Source: Candidatus Latescibacterota bacterium (lineage in GTDB: Bacteria > Latescibacterota > UBA2968). Taken from it: a stretch of 64,000 nt of DNA. Shown here in pieces: positions 26,679 to 35,908 of the stretch; the first letter of the stretch is position 1; the number at the start of each line of letters is the position of its first letter. The notes under the pieces were generated by a model. That model saw only the letters and a program-made list of their open reading frames with translations. It was not told the origin of the DNA and did not search any database. Both the position numbers and the translations under genes were made by a program. Where the stretch lies: positions 4,192,001 to 4,256,000 of the forward strand of contig OZ220741.1 in assembly GCA_965116885.1 (NCBI GenBank), written 5' to 3'.

Positions 26679-29591
26679 ATGCCCAAAACCAACGAAATCG
26701 CCTTCAATGTCCGGCTATTAGATGTGCTACAGACTAAGCATCCACGCTGGCGCGATCATGTCGGTGTGGAGCAACGAGATGTCCTCCGCGAGACCGCCCT
26801 GCAACCGGATATTGTCATTCGTCCTCCAAGCGGTGTACCGGTCATTATCGAGACAGAGTTTATGCCAGCGCGTAGCGTCGAAGCAGATGCTACGGCTCGT
26901 TTGGGGAAATTCCTGGAGTACAACGGCGACTTGATAGAGCAGACTATGGCTGTCCAGGTCCCACAAGAACTGAGCCGTGCGCCACAGAAAGACCTGGAGC
27001 GGCAAATCGAAGCCGCTGAGTTCCGGTACTGTACCTTTTCACAGCAAAAAAAGGATACTGTCGTGCGCTGGCCGTCTGAGGGTTGGCTCTCCGGCAGTAT
27101 TGATGATCTTGCTGCCTGCATTGAAAACGTCGCACTGTCCGAACGGCTGCTTGCTGAAGGAACGCAAATTCTGGAGCAAAGCATAGGCGAAGCCGCAGGC
27201 AAACTGCGCGAAACAGCCAGCATACAGGTGCTGGAGAAAATGGCTCAGTCTCTCCATCAAGAAGATGGCGAGCAAACCTCACGTATGGCCATGGCTATTG
27301 TCGCCAACGCCCTCGTCTTCCATACCGCTATTGTTGACGCTCACGGTATCGAAACCATCGACGAATTGCGTATTCCTGGTCGCAATGATGTCAGCAAGAG
27401 CCGTTTGCTCGAATGTTGGCAGCATATCCTTGACAATATCAATTACTATCCGATCTTCCGCATTGCCTCTGACCTGCTCCTGCCTATCGCCGACAGCACC
27501 GCGCATGCTGTTCTCAATCGTCTTGCTCAGGCAGCCAGTGATTTAGCTGGCTTAGGAGCTACTACCTTGCACGACCTCTCTGGACGCATGTTCCAAAGGC
27601 TTATTGCTGACCGGAAGTTCCTCGCCACGTTCTACACGCTACCGACATCTGCTGCTCTACTCGGTGAGTTGGCCGTGTCACGCCTCGACGCGGTAACGGA
27701 CTGGTCTAACCCCGATGCTCTCACTCGTCTCCAGGTCGCCGACCTTGCCTGCGGAACCGGTACCCTGCTCTCAGCGGCGTACCGCGCCCTGGCCTTGCGC
27801 CATCGGCGGACTGGCGGTGACGATCAGGAGTCGCATACTCAGATGATGGAACGCGCCCTTATTGCTGCCGACATTATGCCAGCGGCAACGCATCTAACTG
27901 CATCCATGCTGTCGAGCACCCATCCGGGCACAACCTTTGGTAACACCCGCGTCCATACTCTGCCTTATGGACAGCAGAGCCAGGAAAAACGGCACACTAT
28001 AGCTCTGGGTGCTCTCGACCTCATTGAGGATGACACCACACCATCGCTGTTTGGGACAGGCATCCATGTAGCGCGAGGTACGGGTGCAGATGTGGAAGCC
28101 GAGGGTAGTCAGGACATGATCCTCCCTCCCGAAACGGCCGATCTGGTAATTATGAATCCTCCCTTCACACGACCTACCAACCACGAAAAAGCCAAAGGGG
28201 TGCCTGTGCCATCGTTTGCCGGGTTAGGCACAAGTGAAGATGAACAGCGACAAATGAGTAGTCGATTAAAGGAAATATGCGCTAAAATAAAAAAGAAAGG
28301 GTACTTAGCTGGTCACGGAAACGCCGGGCTGGCCTCCAACTTTATTGACCTCGCCCATGTCAAGATCAGGCCCGGTGGCGTTCTCGCGCTGGTGTTGCCA
28401 GCAGCATTTGTGAGCGGTAGCTCATGGGCGAACTCCCGTCGCTTGCTGGAAAGCGAATACAAAGACTTGACCGTGCTGAGCATTGCGGCGTACGGCCAGA
28501 CAGATCGGGCCTTTTCAGCCGATACGGGCATGGCCGAGGTCCTCGTGGTGGCCAACAAGTGCCGCGGCGGACAACAGGGATCCGGAGAAACGCTGTTTGT
28601 CAATCTCTACCACCGGCCACACAACCTCGCGGAAGCCTTTGAGGTAGCGCGAGCGGTAGGTCGCCTATCGCCTCAAGCTCGACAAGGGCGGATTTGTGTA
28701 GGCGACCATGAGACTATTGGCACGTACATTCGGGCACCTTTGAGCCAGGGCGGTTGCACGTCCCTCCGCGAAACCACGCTCGCTTCCACCGCCATTGGGT
28801 TGGCCACCGGAACGCTTCAACTTCCTCAAGGATACTCCACAACGCTTTCTACAACTCAACTCAGGGTTCTTGGTAAGGAGGGATTATACCATCTCGATAT
28901 TATCGGAGGAATTAGCAAGGGAGTGCCGCGGGGACCGTTCAAAAAAAACGCCATTCAGGGCGTGCCGCAGTATCCGATGTTGTGGAGCCACAACGCGCAA
29001 CAAGAACGGGGCCTCGTCGTCCCACCCGATAGCGAAGGCGAGGTGCGCCCCGGATGCGACTCCCGTGCTATTGAGGTGTGGAACTCAACCGCCTCGCGGC
29101 TGCACTTCAGCCTCGATTTTCAGATCAACTCACAAAGCCTCACTGCTTGTCTCACGCCGACTGAAGCCATCGGCGGCACAGCGTGGCCCAACTTCATTCC
29201 GTCTCAAGACAAGTGGACCTTACCCCTCGTCTTGTGGGCCAACACTACATTGGGCCTCCTTGCCTTCTGGTGGATCGGAACTCGACAGCAACAAGGCCGC
29301 GCACGGCTCACGATTACTCAGCTACCTCGTCTAACTGTGTTGGACCCACGCCATCTCAGTGAGGAGCAGATCGCTCAAGCCGAAGACATCTTTGAAACAT
29401 TTAAGGGAAAGACATTCCTACCGGCCAACGAGGCGTACCGGGACGAAACTCGGAAAGCTCTCGACCATGCGGTTCTGGTGGACCTGTTGCGCCTACCCGA
29501 AGCAACTCTTGACCCTCTCTCCATTTTGCGCGACCAATGGTGCGCCGAGCCGAGCGTTCATGGTGGTAAATCGACGCGGATTGACGTTTAA
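26679..29591 (+). CDS. Fused restriction-modification enzyme, type IIG-like (nuclease + amino-methyltransferase + specificity region)
   Basis: N-terminal 'QPDIVI...IIETEF'; motif X 'ATFYT', motif I 'DLACGTG', motif IV 'MNPPF' in gamma-class order. Confidence 0.8.
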   Translation: MPKTNEIAFNVRLLDVLQTKHPRWRDHVGVEQRDVLRETALQPDIVIRPPSGVPVIIETEFMPARSVEADATARLGKFLEYNGDLIEQTMAVQVPQELSRAPQKDLERQIEAAEFRYCTFSQQKKDTVVRWPSEGWLSGSIDDLAACIENVALSERLLAEGTQILEQSIGEAAGKLRETASIQVLEKMAQSLHQEDGEQTSRMAMAIVANALVFHTAIVDAHGIETIDELRIPGRNDVSKSRLLECWQHILDNINYYPIFRIASDLLLPIADSTAHAVLNRLAQAASDLAGLGATTLHDLSGRMFQRLIADRKFLATFYTLPTSAALLGELAVSRLDAVTDWSNPDALTRLQVADLACGTGTLLSAAYRALALRHRRTGGDDQESHTQMMERALIAADIMPAATHLTASMLSSTHPGTTFGNTRVHTLPYGQQSQEKRHTIALGALDLIEDDTTPSLFGTGIHVARGTGADVEAEGSQDMILPPETADLVIMNPPFTRPTNHEKAKGVPVPSFAGLGTSEDEQRQMSSRLKEICAKIKKKGYLAGHGNAGLASNFIDLAHVKIRPGGVLALVLPAAFVSGSSWANSRRLLESEYKDLTVLSIAAYGQTDRAFSADTGMAEVLVVANKCRGGQQGSGETLFVNLYHRPHNLAEAFEVARAVGRLSPQARQGRICVGDHETIGTYIRAPLSQGGCTSLRETTLASTAIGLATGTLQLPQGYSTTLSTTQLRVLGKEGLYHLDIIGGISKGVPRGPFKKNAIQGVPQYPMLWSHNAQQERGLVVPPDSEGEVRPGCDSRAIEVWNSTASRLHFSLDFQINSQSLTACLTPTEAIGGTAWPNFIPSQDKWTLPLVLWANTTLGLLAFWWIGTRQQQGRARLTITQLPRLTVLDPRHLSEEQIAQAEDIFETFKGKTFLPANEAYRDETRKALDHAVLVDLLRLPEATLDPLSILRDQWCAEPSVHGGKSTRIDV

Positions 29592-29751
29592 ATATAGGCG
29601 TCAAGGGGAAAGAGGTCCCATACGGTAAAAAGTTCAGTGAGTGCATCAGTCGGTAATTTTTAAGGCCGTAAGTTTTTGCTGTAAATGAACAGTTCTAAAC
29701 TTTCCCTCAAAAGCCACTTGTCAAGCCTGCATCACCAGAAAGGAGCCAATC

Positions 29752-30588
29752 ATGGCAACCCTACTGAGCGGCAGCCCGTTGAATCAAATTCTAGTGTTGT
29801 GTGTACAGATCTTTTCTTCCCTAATACAAATTTTAGTTTTTGGTATTATGGTATTTGTGTTTTTCCAGACAATGAGGCAGAACTTTAGAAAGGATATCGC
29901 AGACCGGATTGCAACATATAATACGCGCATATCCAACCTTCGGCTTGATGATCGCATAAAGTCTAAAAAGTTGCCTAATAACTCTGCTGAGGAAGATATT
30001 AAATTAGAGGATTTTTGTGGACATCGCGCCATTGGGTATTACTTTAATAAATTTGCATATTTGGTATTACAAATACGAACAAGCTTTAGCGACAACGACC
30101 TTAATCCGTATATGTTGAAGACATTATCTAAAAGATTTTTCACATATTACGATGAGTTAAAGGTCATCTACGAAGGCATCGTTCAAATAATGTTTCACAT
30201 TGAGAAATCTAAAGTATTCATGAGGTTTGAAAAAACTCGGATGTTTGAGGATATTCGAGCTTGTCTATCCAGTTTTGAAACTGGAATTTTGGCACTGTAT
30301 ATCTTTCAGCATTCGGAAAGTAAGGCATTAGAAAAAATTTTCAACTGCTATGGTTTTGAAAAGAGTGTGGATGAAGATTTTATACAATTTAGTGGTAGCG
30401 GGCCTTTCGGCAGCCATATACTGCCGCCATCCAACGACGCCTGCAATTTTATCCTGCTGAACAAAAAATGCTGGCATGAGGAGAAAGCGGTCTGCGAGCC
30501 AGAAAACTCCAAGCTGATGTCGTTTTTTTACAACGTATTTAGAAACTTATATACCAAAGAAGAGTATGCTAGGATTTTTGGGCGATAG
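29752..30588 (+). CDS. AT-rich hypothetical membrane-anchored protein, possibly putAbiC-like abortive-infection protein
   Basis: AAGGAG RBS, N-terminal TM, 'IRACLSSFE' recalls the putAbiC 'RAQLS..E' motif. Family call is tentative. Confidence 0.45.
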   Translation: MATLLSGSPLNQILVLCVQIFSSLIQILVFGIMVFVFFQTMRQNFRKDIADRIATYNTRISNLRLDDRIKSKKLPNNSAEEDIKLEDFCGHRAIGYYFNKFAYLVLQIRTSFSDNDLNPYMLKTLSKRFFTYYDELKVIYEGIVQIMFHIEKSKVFMRFEKTRMFEDIRACLSSFETGILALYIFQHSESKALEKIFNCYGFEKSVDEDFIQFSGSGPFGSHILPPSNDACNFILLNKKCWHEEKAVCEPENSKLMSFFYNVFRNLYTKEEYARIFGR

Positions 30589-30650
30589 TCTTGAGAAAGG
30601 TGGAGTTACCTCATTTCTATGAATAGATTCCGCTATTCAGCCTGCTACTT

Positions 30651-30965
30651 TTACGCGACCTCTTGTTGCCCTTCCACTGGAACGAAATTAATCTCGACCC
30701 TTTGATTCAATGCGATCGCGATTCTTTGAAGCATCGTAAGAGAGTGCCCTTCATAATCTGCATCCTCAAGGCGGGCAATAACTGGTTGTTTGGATCCGAT
30801 CAAGTTTGCCAATTCAGTCTGTGTCAAACCCGCCATCTTTCTGGCTTCATATATTAGACGAGCAACTTCTGCGTTGACTGTCTCCTCTGCAATCATCTGC
30901 TGCAATTCTTCATCATCCCCTGTTACATCATCCAGGATTCGATTTGCATCTCTTGTCTTAGCCAT
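30651..30965 (-). CDS. XRE-family HTH antitoxin (HigA-like)
   Basis: 'ARKMAGLTQTELANLIGSKQPVIARLEDADYEGHSLTMLQRIA'; AAGGAG RBS. Confidence 0.85.
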   Translation of the reverse strand: MAKTRDANRILDDVTGDDEELQQMIAEETVNAEVARLIYEARKMAGLTQTELANLIGSKQPVIARLEDADYEGHSLTMLQRIAIALNQRVEINFVPVEGQQEVA

Positions 30966-31020
30966 AGGTCACGTCTCCTTCAAACAAATACTGATCAGGA
31001 TTTGCTTCAAATCTAAGCCT
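30958..31020 (-). pseudogene. C-terminal remnant of a RelE/HigB-like toxin
   Basis: RLRFEANPDQYLFEGDVTYG* with its stop overlapping the antitoxin start; no start codon or toxin core upstream. Confidence 0.5.
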
Positions 31021-31230
31021 ATATAACAATATTATTATAAAAATGGCTCTGAATGTCAATGGCCAATCATCTTAGATGGAACCAGAAAATGATTGGGCGA
31101 TTCCCTGAGACTTGTCGGGTTGAATGCGTTACGAAACGTCTCTGCCACAGACCATCATGTCATATATACAACAAAATCAATATGTTATATTTTTTCTTAT
31201 TTTATAGTTATTTTAAGTTAAAAAAATAAC

Positions 31231-31259
31231 TTGACTTAACTCCTAACACATGCCATGTT
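31231..31259 (+). promoter_or_regulatory. Candidate promoter interrupted by the IS at its -10 region
   Basis: AT-rich UP-like tract, then TTGACT-N14-TGn-CATG(TT), abutting the IS right end. Confidence 0.4.
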
Positions 31260-31400
31260 GACGTACTCCCAAAGCTAAAGCATTGGGATTCTACAACCGT
31301 GTTGCTTCAGCAGGGATTGTGGGATCAACAGTAGTTGCCAGCTATGCAAGCCTGGTCTTACGCTACCTCCGCCATAGGTGGACGCCCCCACCTGTGAATG
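31258..31400 (-). ncRNA. TnpB omega/reRNA scaffold (5' limit approximate)
   Basis: Established position of the TnpB RNA, between the tnpB 3' end and the right-end TCAA; guide would come from the adjacent flank. Confidence 0.55.
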
Positions 31401-32464
31401 TTTATCGCCGCGTTGAGGTCTCTGTCTATTTCAAGACCACACGCGCAGCAGTGGAATGTTCTCTCTCGCAATTCGAGATTCTCTTTCACTGTATCACAAG
31501 CAGAGCAAGTCTTTGACGTGGGTAGCCATTTGTCGATTTGTTTGACAGCTTTGCCCGTCTTTTTTGCCACATACTTGAGAATGTTCAAAAAGTCTGAGAA
31601 GCCCAAATCGCTAATCTTTCTGCCCCACAACGCTTTCATGGCGTCGATATTCAGCGTTTCAAAATACATGAGGTCGTATTCCTCGCACAGTTGATAGGCA
31701 AGTCGCCAGTGATAGTCTCTGCGCTGATTAGCAACGCGCCTATGCACACGGGCATGATTCAACCTCGCTCTATGACGGTTGTTGCTCCCTTTCTTCTTGC
31801 GAGAAAGATTGCGATTAGCCTTTTTGACTTTTCTCGAATTACGATTGAAGAACAAAGGCGATTGTGTCTTTGTGCTGTCCGAGGCCGTTAGATATGTTTT
31901 CAAGCCAAAGTCAAAACCTGCGGTTTTACCCGTCTTGGCAATGTTCAACTCGAATCTTTCAGCCTTTGCAACAACACATAGCCACAAATCGCCTACGCGG
32001 TCACGCTTTATTGTGACCGTCTTGACACTATCTACATCGAACTTTCTGCTCTTGTGGTATCTGAATACGCACTTGCCAATACGCACTTTGTTACGCTCAA
32101 GGAATTTGTATCCAGCCTGTTTCAGCGTATAGGACTTGTATTTGAGCTTGCTACGGAATTGTGGTGGTCGCTTATTATCTCTATCAAAGAATTTCTGATA
32201 GCCAAAGTCTATACGCTCAATCACATTTTGCAATGCCTGGCTCGGCAACAGACGCCAATGTGCAAAGCGCGTTGTCCTTTTCAGCTTTGCCAAATGGTTA
32301 ATCATTGTGAACTTACTCGGATACTTATTGAATCTCTGGTAGTATCGCTTATGCAAGTCAATGAAATGATTATACACACCAGCAAAGGCGTCTATATCTC
32401 TATGGATATACTTATTGCGGTCACAGCGACTATACATCTTGTATTTGTATGTTAAGTATTCCAT
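31358..32464 (-). CDS. tnpB: RNA-guided endonuclease TnpB
   Basis: RuvC residues in 'GFDFG', 'FETL', 'DRDLNAA'; zinc finger CSAC...CCAC. Confidence 0.95.
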   Translation of the reverse strand: MEYLTYKYKMYSRCDRNKYIHRDIDAFAGVYNHFIDLHKRYYQRFNKYPSKFTMINHLAKLKRTTRFAHWRLLPSQALQNVIERIDFGYQKFFDRDNKRPPQFRSKLKYKSYTLKQAGYKFLERNKVRIGKCVFRYHKSRKFDVDSVKTVTIKRDRVGDLWLCVVAKAERFELNIAKTGKTAGFDFGLKTYLTASDSTKTQSPLFFNRNSRKVKKANRNLSRKKKGSNNRHRARLNHARVHRRVANQRRDYHWRLAYQLCEEYDLMYFETLNIDAMKALWGRKISDLGFSDFLNILKYVAKKTGKAVKQIDKWLPTSKTCSACDTVKENLELRERTFHCCACGLEIDRDLNAAINIHRWGRPPMAEVA

Positions 32465-32470
32465 AGTATA

Positions 32471-32499
32471 AATATACACAAAAACAGTAACTTATGCAA
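32471..32499 (-). promoter_or_regulatory. tnpB promoter, probably leaderless transcript
   Basis: TTGCAT-N17-TATATT, 6 nt before the ATG, no Shine-Dalgarno. Confidence 0.5.
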
Positions 32500-32501
32500 G
32501 T

Positions 32502-32605
32502 TTTGTGTGGTCTGTGAGCGGATGATTCTGATTGATGAAGTGCTGGCGCACTTGTACACCGCTCCACCGCCCATATCGCCTTGTGCGATATGCCACATGC
32601 TAAAG
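32502..32605 (+). pseudogene. tnpA: tnpA (Y1 HUH transposase) remnant
   Basis: Fragments 'FVW', 'ILIDEVLAHL', 'TAPPPISPCAICHMLK', divergent from tnpB; no HUH motif or catalytic Tyr helix. Confidence 0.55.
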
Positions 32606-32697
32606 TACCACACCATAAAGGCGAAGCCCTTCGCCATGCGACCCAACGCTAAAGCTCTCTGCGAGTGGGTCTTACGGGCTTGTTAGAGAATTAAATC

Positions 32698-33363
32698 ATG
32701 ACCGAAAAAGCATTGACAGAACTCAAGCGTGAAATTTTGCACAAAATAGAAAGTGCTGCGCGCAATGGTGAAATTCAAAATGTGATCTTAAATTCCAAAC
32801 TGCTCGAATGTGTCGAGGGATTGTTGGCAGATTACAGAAGCATGGATAGTAAGTTTGAAGGCTTGAAGAGAAGTTTCACTCTACAATCAGATGCAGAGCT
32901 TCCGTTATCCCCTCCAATTGGAAATAGTGAAAACGAAAAGAAAAACGACGAAACACTCTCAGCAAAAGCTCAGGGCCAATTACGGCGGGAAGCTTTTATC
33001 GAAATCGCCCGCAAAAAAGGAAAGGGACTCGAGCAAGTCAAGGGTGTGAGATACAGCACCGAACATGGTGACTTGCTCGGTGTTGCCAGCGCTTCGGAGA
33101 AATCACCTGGGCGTTGGGCTCTCGGGCTTCCTCCAGCCCGGTATGGCACTTTTGTTCTGTTATGTGAAGATACAAAAGGCGAAATCCATACGTTCATTGC
33201 ATCCAGAAATTTTACACAGAAATTCATAGACAAACTCAGCCGTGACTATAATGGCCAGATCAAATTAAACGTTAAAAAAACCGGCTCCAAATTTTACCTG
33301 ACCATACCGGGAAGTCACGATGAGTCGATTGTAAATCTGAAGGATCAATTTGAGAATATCTAA
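32698..33363 (+). CDS. Hypothetical protein (N-terminal coiled coil + alpha/beta domain)
   Basis: 221-aa ORF with protein-like composition, 11 nt upstream of the next gene; no family recognised. Confidence 0.7.
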   Translation: MTEKALTELKREILHKIESAARNGEIQNVILNSKLLECVEGLLADYRSMDSKFEGLKRSFTLQSDAELPLSPPIGNSENEKKNDETLSAKAQGQLRREAFIEIARKKGKGLEQVKGVRYSTEHGDLLGVASASEKSPGRWALGLPPARYGTFVLLCEDTKGEIHTFIASRNFTQKFIDKLSRDYNGQIKLNVKKTGSKFYLTIPGSHDESIVNLKDQFENI

Positions 33364-33374
33364 GGAGTCAGAAA

Positions 33375-34430
33375 ATGGAACAGGAATTTCAGGAGCGTGT
33401 CGTAAAGATAGAACCTCCAAAACGTCACTTTGTATTTCTGATTGCACCTGACGGTTCTATGCTCGGCCTTGATGAAAGTGGCGAACTCGCCTTACACGAC
33501 GAAGCCGACGATCGCGTGATCTGGGATCGCACACCAGAAGGCATAAAGCACGTGGCAACCAGTAAAGATGTATCCACCGATATCGATGAGGATGTCTGCA
33601 CATTGTCTGTCGGTTCAGACGAGATGACCTTCACTATCTATCACGGCCCTGAAAAATTGCCGTCTGAATATCTCGAACACTTAAAGCGCGAAGGCTGGGT
33701 CTGTCTGACCTGTATTCTGCCACCAGACATTTTAGAAGATATGGAACGCGTCGCCGGTACAGATCGTTACGAACACCTGGAAATGAACATCGACATACCC
33801 AGGATCTGTCAGAGTGTCTCTGTTGCCAGAGCAACCATTGAGCCCATCTCCATTTGGTTGGCCAGGCAGTATATGGGAGCCCGCGATTTACACCTCTCGC
33901 ATCCACCCGGTTTTAGAATCGAGTACCCGGATGATGGCAAAAGAAAACTGGGCGGTTGGCACTCTGATTTTCCCTATTCGGCGTCAACCGGTGGCAATGA
34001 GCCTCCCGACAGAAAGGGACCCATTAAGGCCATGCAACGCAATGTCTGTGTGTCTGACTTTACCAGGATTCGCGGTGCAACAGCATTTAAACTGGGTTCA
34101 CATCTATCAGACACACCCCCACCACCAGAGTGGAACGACACACAAGCGAGTCGCTTTCCCTATCACGGCCCTGAAGCCGATGTGATAGAAGCGCCCAGTG
34201 GTAGCGTCATCCTCTACGATGCCAGGATGTGGCATCGAGCAGGCATCAACCGCAGCCAGCAGAAAAGAGCTGCAATGCTACAATCGTTCCAAGCACCAGA
34301 TGTTCTGCCCAAGAACGACACCACAACCACGTATGAACGCCTTGTGGAGAGTCCCATTTTCAATGAACTAAATGATAGAGAACAGAAGGATATAACAGCA
34401 CTACTGACCAACAAGCCAACAATCGGTTGA
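33375..34430 (+). CDS. Phytanoyl-CoA dioxygenase (PhyH) family Fe(II)/2OG oxygenase with N-terminal extension
   Basis: 'WHSD', 'GSH', 'GSVILYDARMWHRAGIN...R'. Confidence 0.85.
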   Translation: MEQEFQERVVKIEPPKRHFVFLIAPDGSMLGLDESGELALHDEADDRVIWDRTPEGIKHVATSKDVSTDIDEDVCTLSVGSDEMTFTIYHGPEKLPSEYLEHLKREGWVCLTCILPPDILEDMERVAGTDRYEHLEMNIDIPRICQSVSVARATIEPISIWLARQYMGARDLHLSHPPGFRIEYPDDGKRKLGGWHSDFPYSASTGGNEPPDRKGPIKAMQRNVCVSDFTRIRGATAFKLGSHLSDTPPPPEWNDTQASRFPYHGPEADVIEAPSGSVILYDARMWHRAGINRSQQKRAAMLQSFQAPDVLPKNDTTTTYERLVESPIFNELNDREQKDITALLTNKPTIG

Positions 34431-34445
34431 TATACAGGAGTTGTA

Positions 34446-35897
34446 ATGGCCAACCAAAAACCACTGAATTTCATATTTTTTCAGCCCGACGAAATGCGAG
34501 CCGAAAGTTTGGGCTGTTACGGTCATCCATTGGTCAAAACCCCAAATTACGATCGCCTCGCAGCAGAAGGTGTTCGCTTTGATCAATGCCATGTGCAAAA
34601 CGCCCAGTGTACGCCTTCCAGAGTTTCGATGATGACGGGGCTTTATCCTCACTGTGCCGGACATCGCTCCATGTGGCATCTGATCAGGCCTCACGAACCC
34701 CATCTTTTTAAATATCTCCATGAAGCTGGCTACGACATTCACTGGTTTGGCAAAAACGATATTCTCGCGCCCGGAAGCTTGTCCTGCATCAAAGAATATT
34801 ATGAACACAAAGACGACAAAAGAAAGAACCGCTGGCAAAGTGGCGACAAAGAATTCTATAGCTTTGACTATCTCCCCCTCGACTGCGAAAGAGAAGAGAT
34901 TGCCGACTATGTGAAAGTCAAATCGGGAATCGATTTTTTGCGCAATCGCAATGACGATGACAATCCCTTCTTTTTATTTTTGCCACTTCTCCAACCCCAT
35001 CCAAGCTACACCACCCACCCTGATTTTTACGACATGTATGATCCCAAAGACATACCAGATTTGCGACCTCCAGACCTGGACAAAAAGCCAGACTTCTACA
35101 CACTCATCAGGAAATACCGTCGCCTTGATGAATTGTCAGATGCTTTCTTTCGAAAGTTGAATGCCGCTTATCTCGGCATGATCAGTTTTACCGACTGGCT
35201 TCTCGGAGAGCTGATGGCTGTTATGGAGGAGAAGGGCCTTTTTGAAAATACGGTTCTCATCGTTTCGTCTGATCACGGCGACTGGGCAGGCGACTATGGT
35301 TTGGTGGAAAAATGGCCCAGTGATTACAGCGACACACTGACGCGCGTACCGCTATTGGTCAAAGCACCCGGTAACAAAGCAGGTCATGTGGTCGAAGGCC
35401 CTGTTGAAATGTTTGACCTCCTGCCATCCGTTCTGGAACTGGCCGGTCTTTCACCCACACACACGCATTTCGCCAGGTCCTTTGTGCCTCAACTCCACGG
35501 AGAAGCAGAAGACAAAGACAGATTGGTATTCGCAGAAGGTGGCTATGAGACCCAAGAACCCCATGTGTTTGAAGGACGATGGAACTTGTGGAATAAGAAT
35601 CCCGAGCAGGATAGCATCTATTTGCCCAAAGGCAAATTGCAACAAGAAGTGCCCGAAAGTGTCTGCCGTACGACCATGATCAGGAGTTTGAATCACAAAC
35701 TTATTCGACGCACAGGCGGTCAGGACGAATTATACGATCTGGAGAATGATCCACGAGAGTTAGAAAATTTGATTGATGATCCTGGTATGCAAGAGACAAA
35801 ATCAGACCTGGAAAGTGCCATGCTCGATTGGTATATGAGAACCTCTGATACGGTTCCCGTAGGCGGAGATCCAAGAGGGTTTCCGCTTGAAAAATAG
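34446..35897 (+). CDS. Sulfatase (choline-sulfatase-like)
   Basis: 'CTPSR..MMTG', 'SDHG', 'ELYDLENDPRE'. Confidence 0.9.
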   Translation: MANQKPLNFIFFQPDEMRAESLGCYGHPLVKTPNYDRLAAEGVRFDQCHVQNAQCTPSRVSMMTGLYPHCAGHRSMWHLIRPHEPHLFKYLHEAGYDIHWFGKNDILAPGSLSCIKEYYEHKDDKRKNRWQSGDKEFYSFDYLPLDCEREEIADYVKVKSGIDFLRNRNDDDNPFFLFLPLLQPHPSYTTHPDFYDMYDPKDIPDLRPPDLDKKPDFYTLIRKYRRLDELSDAFFRKLNAAYLGMISFTDWLLGELMAVMEEKGLFENTVLIVSSDHGDWAGDYGLVEKWPSDYSDTLTRVPLLVKAPGNKAGHVVEGPVEMFDLLPSVLELAGLSPTHTHFARSFVPQLHGEAEDKDRLVFAEGGYETQEPHVFEGRWNLWNKNPEQDSIYLPKGKLQQEVPESVCRTTMIRSLNHKLIRRTGGQDELYDLENDPRELENLIDDPGMQETKSDLESAMLDWYMRTSDTVPVGGDPRGFPLEK

Positions 35898-35908
35898 GAA
35901 AATGAAAT

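Larger units (their letters stand above)
31258..32681 (-). mobile_element. IS200/IS605-family element, non-autonomous (tnpB intact, tnpA eroded)
   Basis: Right end (minus) GAAT-CCCAATGCTTTAGCTTTGGG-AGTACG-TCAA matches IS608-type architecture. Left end has a related hairpin ACCCA...GCTTTAGCGT-TGGGT. Left boundary is uncertain within about 32681-32690. Confidence 0.88.
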
